Positions 13,482 through 24,200 of a DNA stretch of 64,000 nucleotides are shown here, piece after piece. The stretch comes from Antedon mediterranea. Its lineage: Eukaryota > Animalia > Echinodermata. A program made the translations under genes and the position numbers. The notes beneath the pieces were generated by a model. It worked only from the letters and a program-made list of their open reading frames with translations, had not been told where the DNA came from and made no database searches. The stretch covers positions 4,893,812-4,957,811 of the forward strand of contig NC_092675.1 of assembly GCF_964355755.1 (NCBI RefSeq). Reading direction: 5' to 3'. Each line of letters opens with the position of its first letter. The first letter of the stretch is position 1.

Positions 13482-13910
13482 ATTAATTAAATTTCAGTAT
13501 ATCACCGGGCGGTTTAGAATTAATGTTCTTTGCCTGATGTATTTATATATATAAAAGTATCTCTTCGGAGATCCCGCCTCGTGAATAAAAATACTGAAAG
13601 ATGAGGGCGTATCAATTTGATCTCTGTTGCGCGTGCGTACAACTGAGGACTAGTGCTGTTCCGCCGTACACCACGCCGAGAGTGTTAAAGAGTCGCTATC
13701 CAATCGAGTTTGAACAATACTGTACCATGAAAGCCCCAGTGGTCTAATGGTTAGGACATCTGCATATCAAGCAGACGGTCTGAGTTCGAGTCTCGGTTGG
13801 GACGAATTTTTCTCATTCTCACAGATTTCCTCATCTTTATTTTCAAATTAATTAATTAAATTTCAGTATATCACCGGGCGGTTTAGAATTAATGTTCTTT
13901 GCCTGATGTA
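13482..13910 (+). mobile_element. tRNA-containing repeat unit bounded by 60-bp direct repeats, within (TA)n
   Basis: Identical 60-mer attaattaaatttcagtatatcaccgggcggtttagaattaatgttctttgcctgatgta at 13482 and 13851. (TA)n lies on both sides and a tRNA-like sequence lies inside. Confidence 0.6.
13733..13804 (+). tRNA. tRNA-like sequence with anticodon ATC (Asp); probably a pseudo-tRNA or repeat-derived
   Basis: GCCCCAG-TGGTCTAATGGTTAGGAC-A-TCTGC-ATATCAA-GCAGA-CGGT-CTGAG-TTCGAGT-CTCGG-TTGGGAC-G folds as a 72-nt cloverleaf. It has one acceptor mismatch and an atypical A32. Confidence 0.45.
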
Positions 13911-13935
13911 AGAATTAATGTTCTGTGCCTGATTT

Positions 13936-13966
<31 letters not shown>

Positions 13967-15312
13967 GATATATAAAAAAAAAACCCTACGCCACATAGTC
14001 ACGTGGTTAGAACAATAGCTTCATCTATCTACTATATTAAACTTACTCAACCGTTTGCACCAATTATTTTCATTAAATGTAATTAGCAAATTGTAACAAA
14101 CTAACAGATTATGGTACCTCTAGATTGGGAGTTTAATCAATTTTTTTTTTATTTAAAAAATAAATTATTGTTTTTATTTTTTATAAAAAAAAAATTAATT
14201 TGAAGATGGGACTTTAAATTTGATATATGTATTTTCTTTTATTTCGGCCACTTCAATCAGGTTATTATATATTAATCATTATTATTAATTTGAAAAAAAA
14301 GATGGTATATTAATTACAGTACAGTATATATTACCAGTCCAGTCCTGATAGGAATTTGGAAGTGTTCTAAACATCAATGTTATTAGATTAATTATTGCTA
14401 AATTAAAGAAAAAGATGGTATTCTACTACGATAACAGTTAAATATTATTACCATTTATTTAGAATAAAGCAATCCTATAATAGGTTTCAGGGATCTAACT
14501 TTTTGTGTTTCTTTTAATTGTAATTAGACCATGGAAGAAAAAAATGAATCAGTTTTTAATGAATGGTTCACAATAACTGTATTGACTAACTTTATTCATT
14601 ACCTCGTGTTAAATATTTATCAAATACGATTATAGATCAGAATCACCTGACATTCAATAGATTTCACGTGAGTTTGTTCCTCTTATCAAAGAATATATAT
14701 ATTATTTGCTATATTATTATTCACAACGTCACATAACTACTGCTGACGTCATCACCTGCAGGTACCAACAAAGTAGTACACTACACTACATTCTACACTG
14801 GTAACAATACAATGCAATAGTTAATAATTGTATTATTAATGTTATATTATGTGACAATAAATTAAATCTTGAATAGAGGTCTGATAATATTATAGTAGAA
14901 AAAACTATTGTGTTTACTACTGTAGATAGAGATTTGCTAAAGAACGTTTAGACAAGACAAGTTTATTACTAGGATCAAAGTCAATTTTCTGATAACATGG
15001 TTTTGTTTTGTGTAAATACACTTAGGCCTACGATTAGAAACTAAATATAGATATGATGTTAACTGTATAATCATACTCTAAAGATTATATTGTTCTCAGT
15101 TCCTTTATATTAAACAACGGCACTCCCTTTGAGGCATACGCTTGCTGTTGTTGCTACATCTTCTGCTATTTCTTCACATTTGGACCGGGACCAGAAAGGG
15201 TACCGTAAACTACAGCCTCCGTTCTTGTTATCATTTTTTTGGTATCCTAAATATATACCTCTGTTTGATTCATCAATTAATTTTCAAATAATCAAGTTTA
15301 TTTTACAAGAAT

Positions 15313-17478
15313 ATGGCAAGTATATTTGTTAAAGAACTAGATGACCGTGTACTGGAGTGTGCTATTTGCATGAACAGATTTAATCGACCGAAAACGCTAC
15401 CATGTCTTCATAGTTTTTGCCAGAAATGTTTGAAGGACTGGGTGGAAAAGAACAATCAGTTAAGTTGTCCCACTTGCATGGATAACTTTGAGATTCCTGA
15501 CGGTGGACTTGAAAGTATTCCCCCAAACACCTTTGTGAATAATCTTCTAGAATATGTAGATCACCTCGAAGGCGGTGAACTTATGTGTTCCTATTGTACA
15601 CTTGCTGCTGTTAAGTTTTGCAAAGACTGCTCTCAAAACTTTTGTGCTACATGCGTTAAAAGTCACAGTGAAGTGGACGTTCTCAAATCACATACCTTAT
15701 ATACGGACGATGAACTCAGAAAATTAACACTAGAACAGCGTCAGTTATTGTCAATGCACTGTAAGAATCACACGGATCAATCCCTTAAATTCTATTGTAA
15801 TACTTGTAAAGAAGCTATCTGCGTCGAATGCATTATCATCGAACATAAAACGTGTCACATTACCGATAATGTTGTAAAGATATTAGATGCATTTGAGGTA
15901 TTCAAGAAAACTGCTGCCGAGTTGATCGATGAAGGGGAAAAACGTGAAACTAAAATTCAAGAGGAGAAGCTGAAGAGGAAGAAGAAGGCTGACCAGCTTA
16001 AATTGGAACGTAGCTTTTGCGAACAAAGAATTAATAGATCCGTGGATGAAGCGATTCTTAAACTACAAGAAGAACGCAAACAGCTTATAGATAGTCTTCA
16101 GACGATGTATGATGGTAAGAAAGTCCCCGTTCTTAAAATGATTGATCAATTTGATGCTGCTAGTAATGATTTTGTACATATAAAGCAGCTTGTTCATCTT
16201 TCTGTCAACAATTCAAACCCGGCGACAGCGTTAGACGCAAAAGATCAACTGTTAGACAAACTAAAGAAAACCGTTCATTCGTACCCAACCGTTGAAGAAC
16301 AAGTTAATGGTGCTCTTTTACATTTTGAAGAGACTCAATCTCTCAAGAAAAGTATTGGACATGTTACTGAAACACTTGAAGTACACAAACTTTTTGAAAT
16401 TAGGAAACAGGATGAAAACATCATTGTTACCAAAAACCAACCATTCTTTGTTGAAATAGCCACTCCAATTTTAGAAAAAGTAGAAGACATTTCAGCATAT
16501 CTGATAACGGTATCTGGAAAGCAAGAAACTCCAGTGGTGTTTCAATATCACGAAAACGGAATTTACCGAGCCGAGTGCAGCTGCTCGGAGCTAAGCGAGT
16601 TACATGTCAAATTTAACGATGTTCTTATAAAGGGATCTCCTTCAGTAATCTGTGTAGAGAACGATGGTTTGGTTCGGACAATCCGTGACTTTGAAAACAT
16701 CGAATTTGAAAACCAACACGGCAAAGCTACAGATGTAATGACTGACGATGGATATCTGTTAGTTTCAATGAATAGTCGGGAAGTTCTGAAGTTTGATTCT
16801 AAAACAGGAAAGCATGTAGATACCATTAACATGCCGCCAAAATGCCACGTTTACATGATGTGTAGAGCCAAGGCAGACGGTTTAATAATATACAGTGACA
16901 GTAGAAATAAATGTGTAACGGTATGTGAAAATGACGGCACTACCATACGATCATTTGGAAAAGGTTTCTTAACGTTTGCCGCAGGCCTTGCTTTGGATGA
17001 GTGTACACGTACTCTGTATGTTGTAGATCGTACTGCCCACTGTGTAGTTAAATTCAATTTCGACAACGGGGAGTTTTTAGAAAAAATTATTTCCAATAAT
17101 GAAGGGGAGTTCTACTTCAATAGACCCTACCGTGCAGCCATGCTTGGCAACGGCATTGTCATAACAGATTGTAGAAACAATCGGCTACAGTTGTTAGATA
17201 AGAACACCAATGTTGTAACAGTTCTTGTGAAACATATTGATAATGATATTAATTTAAAGTGTCCACTTGGTCTAGTAGTTGATGACGATGGGAACATTAT
17301 TGTTTCCGGTCACGGAATGTTACAAGTGTTTAATGGTGATGGAGAGTTTGTTAGAAGAATTGATACTGGAAACGACAATCTTAATATACCGTGTGGTCTA
17401 GCGGTTGTATCATACAGACCTAGACGGGTAGCTGTTGCAAATTATGGCAACAGCTGTGTCAAGATATATAATTATTAA
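15313..17478 (+). CDS. Intronless TRIM-NHL E3 ubiquitin ligase (TRIM2/3/45/56/71-like)
   Basis: 721-aa ORF with RING (CAIC...LPCLHSFCQKC...CPTC), B-box1 (CSYC...CKDC...CATC...H...H), B-box2 (CKNH...FYCNTC...ICVEC...H), coiled coil, degenerate filamin repeat (IKGSP) and NHL repeats (FNRPY, CPLGLVVD, PCGLAV). Confidence 0.93.
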   Translation: MASIFVKELDDRVLECAICMNRFNRPKTLPCLHSFCQKCLKDWVEKNNQLSCPTCMDNFEIPDGGLESIPPNTFVNNLLEYVDHLEGGELMCSYCTLAAVKFCKDCSQNFCATCVKSHSEVDVLKSHTLYTDDELRKLTLEQRQLLSMHCKNHTDQSLKFYCNTCKEAICVECIIIEHKTCHITDNVVKILDAFEVFKKTAAELIDEGEKRETKIQEEKLKRKKKADQLKLERSFCEQRINRSVDEAILKLQEERKQLIDSLQTMYDGKKVPVLKMIDQFDAASNDFVHIKQLVHLSVNNSNPATALDAKDQLLDKLKKTVHSYPTVEEQVNGALLHFEETQSLKKSIGHVTETLEVHKLFEIRKQDENIIVTKNQPFFVEIATPILEKVEDISAYLITVSGKQETPVVFQYHENGIYRAECSCSELSELHVKFNDVLIKGSPSVICVENDGLVRTIRDFENIEFENQHGKATDVMTDDGYLLVSMNSREVLKFDSKTGKHVDTINMPPKCHVYMMCRAKADGLIIYSDSRNKCVTVCENDGTTIRSFGKGFLTFAAGLALDECTRTLYVVDRTAHCVVKFNFDNGEFLEKIISNNEGEFYFNRPYRAAMLGNGIVITDCRNNRLQLLDKNTNVVTVLVKHIDNDINLKCPLGLVVDDDGNIIVSGHGMLQVFNGDGEFVRRIDTGNDNLNIPCGLAVVSYRPRRVAVANYGNSCVKIYNY

Positions 17479-18175
17479 ACAATGATAATTAATGAAGTTC
17501 AGCATTGTTGCACTATATTTCACAATAACAAACGCAAATCATATTTTAAAGAATATTTTCAGAAATTACATTCATTCTTATTGGCTGTACCACTTATGTA
17601 AATATTATAAGGAATTTCATTATACTGTACCGCCTTTTATATATAGAGCCTACTAATCGGTCACGTGACTTTACGTAGAATAGCAGTAACAAACATTTGA
17701 ACATGACATCAATATATAGGAAATTGTTAGTGTTTGAATTCCGTCATTGGTTGCATCCTGTTAACATTAATGGTGTGTGATGTGATTTGATTTATCTATT
17801 CTTAAACGATGATTATTATTATGAAAACTGACAGTAAACCTCAGATACGTAATTCACGCATAGTTTGAACGTACGTGAAGCTTAGATATGATGTCTCTCT
17901 TCCGTTTAAGCCATTTTGTGTTTTAATATTTTTTTTGTATAACTGAAAATCATTTTAGAATTGGGCAACATATTTAGCACTCAAAAAAGGTAAATCATAA
18001 AAATGATGAGTGTATTAGCCCATTGGACATAACAAAATTCTGGATTATTTTTTCAAAATATATTCACATGAAGACAACCAGAGATTGAATTGCATAGTTA
18101 CTTTTTGATGTAAATAAAGTGTTGCCTAAAATATTGCATTTCGCTTTGTATTAATTCAGTGTGTACAATCCGTGT

Positions 18176-18260
18176 TTAGGTGTGACTGAGCTCACTATGT
18201 CGATCGGTTGGTCGGTCGGTAAACAATAACTCATACTTGAGCCATGTATATGGCTTTGTT
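18176..18260 (+). mobile_element. Degenerate mini-HINE fragment
   Basis: gctcactatgtcgatcggttggtcggtcggtaaaca...gccatgtatatggctttgtt matches the copies at 35090 and 57233. Confidence 0.55.
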
Positions 18261-18917
18261 TTCTACCCTAAGTAAGTTCACGTGACCGAATGTCTTCCTT
18301 GAATTAGTTTTGTGGTGAGGTTGTATTCCTCAAATTATGTTATTGTGTTTTTATCAAGAGACACAATGCTCAAAATATTAATTTACATCCGGTTTCAGTT
18401 TTGTTTATTGGAATTTGTCAGACATACCCGGACTGACAACTGAATAACAATACTATATAGATTTGAACCTGGATTTCTATGACGTAAGCTAAACAATTGT
18501 ATTTAACTTAGCTAGCCTTCACTTCTATTGTTTACATAGTTTGAATGCGAGAGAAGATAAAAAAAAAAAACAAAAAAAAAAAAACGTAATGCAAGTTAAA
18601 TTGTAGGCTGTATCAAATCTTCAAACGTTTTTCTCAAGATGATTCTGAGTACATTGTACAGATTATCCTATATTTATATTTCAAAATACAACCGGTAGCA
18701 TGTTGCGATGAAACGATTAGTCTGAAGCTGTTTACCAAATGTTCTAACATGGTCCGGCATGTTTCTTTTTTAAAAGAAAAATTCTCTCTATCATTTCTAT
18801 TGTAAATAACGTTTCATAAAACAAATCTTATGTTGATAGAAAAACCGGATTGATTTGAGTGATACACTTCCGAAACTAAAATGATCTAACTGCTAACTTC
18901 TTAATATATAATAATGC

Positions 18918-20291
18918 TCAATTTCCATTATCAGTATGTATTTCATCTTTGTTTTGTGTATTTTCGTTATTATTATTTAAACTTTCTGTAGATTTATGGA
19001 ACGCTTCCTCACCATGAGTTACAATTAGATAACCAGTGTCATCTTCACTAATAGCAATACTTGAGCATAGCGTCTCGGTACTTTTCATGCTCCACTCCTC
19101 AATAGTTGTATAATTATGCTCACTTCCATCTTCACTAAGCGTAGGCGATATATTGTGATAAATATCTGAGTCCTCATCGTCCGAATCAACACATAGTGAG
19201 AGATAATAATTAGGCTTAGCAGGGAGTTCAAATAATTCTTTTATGTCAGCGTACATATTATCTGAATCATCACTAGTATCACTGGTTTGGGAAGATACAT
19301 CTTCAATATGATGGTATAACCCCTCATCCTGCTTCTTCTCATCGTCATCATCTTCCGACAGTTCATCTATGGTGGAATACCCACATTCATCTGTTTCTGA
19401 TATTCCAGATTCGTTGTTTACTTCATCTTCTTCACTAGTTGCAACAGTGTCATCAGTAGGCGTATTTGCTCCTTCTTCCAATTGTTCAATTGTCTGCTTT
19501 GACTTCATGTCATGGACATTTTGTTCAGTAACGTTGACATTTATTTCGCTATCATCGTTCACCTGCCCATCATTTGTATTTTCTACCATTATTTCAGTAA
19601 GACATAGACCTGTAAATAATTATAATTTGTCATCATTATATCATATTCATAAGGTAAATGTAATATCATTTGGCAAATAAAATTGTGACCAGGATAGCCC
19701 CCAAAAACCAATTACTCAGAGCATTTCCATGGTAACATGAATTTCTGGGCCGAGTAAGTTGTTTCGTATTATTTAATCAACCAAAAAACTGGCAATTCTT
19801 ATATTTAACATTGTCATATAATCAATAGGTACATATTACTTGAAATGACCTGCATTCAAATGGTTTTAAATAAAACTGAAAGTTATATTTTTTTAGTTTA
19901 AAGTTTAGAATACATACTGTACTGCATGCTTAAATAGGCCTATCTAGGATATTAGTGCTTACCGTCGGTTTGATCCGGTAGGTCATCCGACTCATCTTCA
20001 TGCCTAACCGTTTGTTTAATGGTAGTTCGACGAACACAGCATTTAAACACGCCCAATATCACTGAAATTACTGTTGAAATTAGTACCAATATACCAGTAA
20101 ATGTCGCATAATCTGTACGGGAAACAAGGAAGTAAAATAAATATCGTTGTAATCAAACATTACATACGGAAAAGAGAAGTTTTGTTTTAAAATTATAATC
20201 GAAATAAAAAAATAGATTAAAGATACATAGCATGGGATACATTGAACATTATCGACAATAAGGAAATGTTAATTGGCTACCTACCTGACAT
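18918..20291 (-). CDS. Transmembrane-adaptor-like (LAT/PAG-type architecture) single-pass protein, ~282 aa
   Basis: Exons 20291-20285 (ATGTCAG|gtaggt, with an in-frame stop just upstream), 20112-19963 (DYATFTGILVLISTVISVILGVFKCCVRR...QTD|gtaag) and 19609-18918 (GLCLTEI, in frame with the 223-aa acidic ORF). No signal peptide, juxtamembrane CC, seven YxxI/L/V motifs. The first micro-exon is the least certain. Confidence 0.75.
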
Positions 20292-21209
20292 TTTTCAATG
20301 AAGAAAAAGTCATTATAAAATGCATAGGCCTACAGCTACACTTTAACACGTTCTTATGTCCATATTGTATTGTTGATAAAGTGAAATAATCGTTATCACC
20401 AGTTAGACGACATTACCTCTTCCGTTTGAACTGTTGTCTAACAATGACCTCACTTAACTTCCGACGTAGACTTTAAACGACAATTCTTTGAACTAGCACT
20501 ATTATTAAATATTCACTCTTCCCTCCACTGGATCTTCCACTCTTTTGTTGTTGTTTTTTCATGTTTTAGGCATGATCTGAAAGGTCACAATTCGCTGCTA
20601 GTTGCATGTTGCGACCGTCGAGCCAACAGTGAAACCTTGAAAAATACTGAACTACAGGCCTATAATACCTCTCCACATAATACAGTACAAAGTTTAATAA
20701 TCATAACAAAAAAAATCGTTTAGCCTACTTGCGATTTAAATTTCTAGACACTATGCAGTAGCAATTAAGCAATGAAACACATTTCATACACAAAAACCAG
20801 TGATACACACATTGTTATTATTCAATGCCAAAGTTTGTAACACTTTTATATTATGTTAAACTGTTGGACATTATAATTAAAAAATACAACAACATAGCAT
20901 TTATACCTACGGCTTATCATCTAGACACTACTCTAATGACAATTATATAACGAAACATATTTTATACACAGATATATTATTTATACACTGTAGGCCTATT
21001 AGTATTTATTCAACGATTAATTTGACTTAAATTTTAATATTTAACAATTTTATTAGGATGATGACAAAAGCTGTAAACGTCTAACATCTAATATATTACC
21101 ATTATGGACATAAACAAGATTAATAATCAGAATTATATTTTTGATAAGGGCATTATTGATTAATTATCATTATTTGTATTTAATATTAATACAGTACTTT
21201 TATATTATC

Positions 21210-24200
21210 TTAACCCAGAAAGCTCTTAGATGGTATCTCCTTATTTCCCTCAACAGCAACAAGTAGAATCATTTCTTTACTTTCAAGAAGTTTAATGAAA
21301 GCATTAGCCACGTCATCAGTTCTGTAAAAAAAAATCGTTATGTATACATTTTAAAGGAAATATAATACTATATATTAGACTGATGATAAACACAAGGAAA
21401 TAATTATTATATTTGAAATATGATAATACGAACTGAAACATCTTACGATAACTTAGGAGTGGCATCTCGTTTTGCACTGACAAATACTTTTTCACTTTCG
21501 TCGTCAACAACGAAGTCCTCTTTAATAAGCCGTGTAGCAACAAGTGATGGACAAAGAACTTTGATAGTGATTCCATTATCTTTACATTGCACTTGTTCCT
21601 GTTGGACATTAATCATAATATAATATAATTTTATATATTTGAAGCAAACTGATATTGTCACAGACCAGGTTGGATATAAACACGTATATTAAGCATTATC
21701 GGCAACAACATGTTTGTATACGTATCCGGACAACTACCCCCTGGACAATGACCACCTGGACAACTACCACCCGGACAATGACCCCCTAGGACAACTACCA
21801 CCCGGACATTTACCCCCTAGGACAACTATCCTATAGGACAACTACCCAATTAACACAACTCCCACCCGGACAACTACCCCCTAGGACAACTACCCCCTAG
21901 GACCACTACCCCCTAGGACAACTACCCTCTAGGACAACTACCCTCCTAGGATAACTGCTATGCCCCTAGGACAACACCCTCTGAACAACCACACTTATAT
22001 CATGACACCTACACCTTATTAGGTTATAATTACGATCTTGTAAAACTTACTGAACTTCAAAACATAGGGAGAGAGATTGATCTTAAATGAAAGCTTTTGA
22101 ATTTTTTAATATGCGTATCGTCAGCAGTTATTTTACATTAAACGAGAATCGATCAATTATTAAAACGTATTCCAATCTTGAAAAATAAATGGGTGGCTTA
22201 TTTTATTCTTGTGTGACATGAAGATGCCGTATATAAATCTAGGAGCATACAGTTTACCTAGCTGCACCAGTCAATCAAACAGTATTTCATTTGAGATCAA
22301 TCTCTCTCCTTATGTTTTGAAGTTCAGTAAGCTTTACAAGATTGTAATTATAACCTAAGGTGTAGGTGTGGTTGTTCAGAGAGTGTTGTTGTTCTAGAGG
22401 GGTAGCATAGCAGTAAGACTAGAGGGTAGTTGTAAGATAGTGGAGCAGCCCTTTTTATCGATACAATTGGCCCGATTTTGTTCTCTCTTTTCTTTTTCAA
22501 AACAAATGTTTTACCGTAAGAGCTTATTTTATGCTGTTTAATGACATTATACGTTTACTACTACAAGTCCAGTAATAATGGAATATTGGGTTGGCTGTTA
22601 CTACTTCATAGAAGAACTTTAATTAATTTGTTTTTTAAATTTTCTCCCCACTCATGAGAAAATATGACAATAAACGTTTTTAGAACCTAAGAACTTAAAA
22701 AAATAAATATCGCTACAGTTATTACAAATCTTAGGTACGTCGATATTTTAATAATTTCACGTCAAATATTGTTAAATGTATAGTGTGGTACAACGCCCTC
22801 GTAGTCATCTCTTCACACACAATTTGATTTTACAATACAATTGGCACCAAAAGAAGCAGCTTGTTAATTTGGTTACCAATCGTAATTGTCCAAAGCTGTA
22901 GTTGTTCCTAGTGGGTAGCTAGAGAGTAGTTTTCCTAGGGGGTAATTGTCCTAGGGGGTAGTTGTCCTAGAGGGTAGTTGTCCTAGAGGGTAGTTGACCT
23001 AGGGGGTAGTTGTCCTAGAGGGTAATTGTCCTACGCGGGTAGTTGTCCGGGGGTTAGTTGTCCTAGGGGGTAGTTGTCCTAAGAGGATAGTTGTCCTAGG
23101 TGGTAGTTGTCCTAGGAAGGTGATTGTCCAAGGGGTTATTGTCCGGGTGGTAGTTGTCCGGGTGGTAGTTGTCCAGGGGGTAGTTGTCCTAGACCCGTTT
23201 GTATATCCTTGTCAAAATAGTCGATCGGAACAATTTTTTGGGAGATTTATTCACTCATTAAACTACTTCATTATCATTATTGATATAGTAATTAAAAATA
23301 ATTGTTTCCAATGCATGTATAATTGCGTAACATCATGAAAGAATGAATACTGAAAGTAACATATGAATCATACCTGTAGTGCCACAGAGAAGGAGCGTAT
23401 CCCGTGTTTAGTAGCAGTGTAGGCTGCCATGTAAGGAACACACCTTAAACCTAAAACAGTTTAAATGTTAACATAATATCCGTCGAATACTAATCCTCTA
23501 GTAACTGGTGTGGGTTTGTATGAAAACACGGTAAAACATCCAATGTATTGTATTACCGAATATTAGTATGGATCACACTTGGAATGAAGAAGGTCTGTGA
23601 AGGATTTGTCGTACTATTTAGGCTAGGCCTATACTCACTTGCAACCGACGACATATTGACAACAGTTCCACCGTTTCCACCATTCCTAGTTCCCATCATA
23701 TCAATTGCTAGGTAAGTTCCATGCATCACACCTTTCTACAAACAAAAATGATTTTAGTCAGTTCAAGTTGTCTTAGGCTTGGTTCCCACTAGAGACGCAA
23801 CGCAAGGACGTCACGCAACGTTAGTGATTTGACCAATCACAAGCGATGGATTATTCTAACTAGCGCTTGTCATTGGTCAACTCGCTTGCGTCTACGTTCT
23901 TGCGTTGTGTCCTAATGGGAACCACGCTTTAGGGAGCATGACAGCTGATTAGTTTGTTGATCAAGGTGAGAGGGATGGACGGGGAGAAGGTTGAGGGGAT
24001 AATGTTGAACATTTTGGAAAGAATGATTTGGAAAGTTGATAATTGTTATTACTCACCAGGTTTACGTCTATCATGAGAGACCAATTAACCTCATTGACAA
24101 TACCTGCATTATTACAGACAATATCCAGTGTGCCAAAATGTGCCTTAGCCTGTTGAAATGCTTCTGTACAAGAAAAATATTTATTTTTCTGGTTATTGAA

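Noticed and set aside
16563-19680. Antisense ORFs 16563-16832, 16851-17096 and 19369-19680 (likewise 3960-4211, 44182-44424, 52900-53175)
   Set aside because: They are shadow frames opposite real coding exons and show no recognisable motifs.
23120-23338. ORF with VVVVRVVVVQG repeats
   Set aside because: It is a translation of the foldback element's minisatellite arm.
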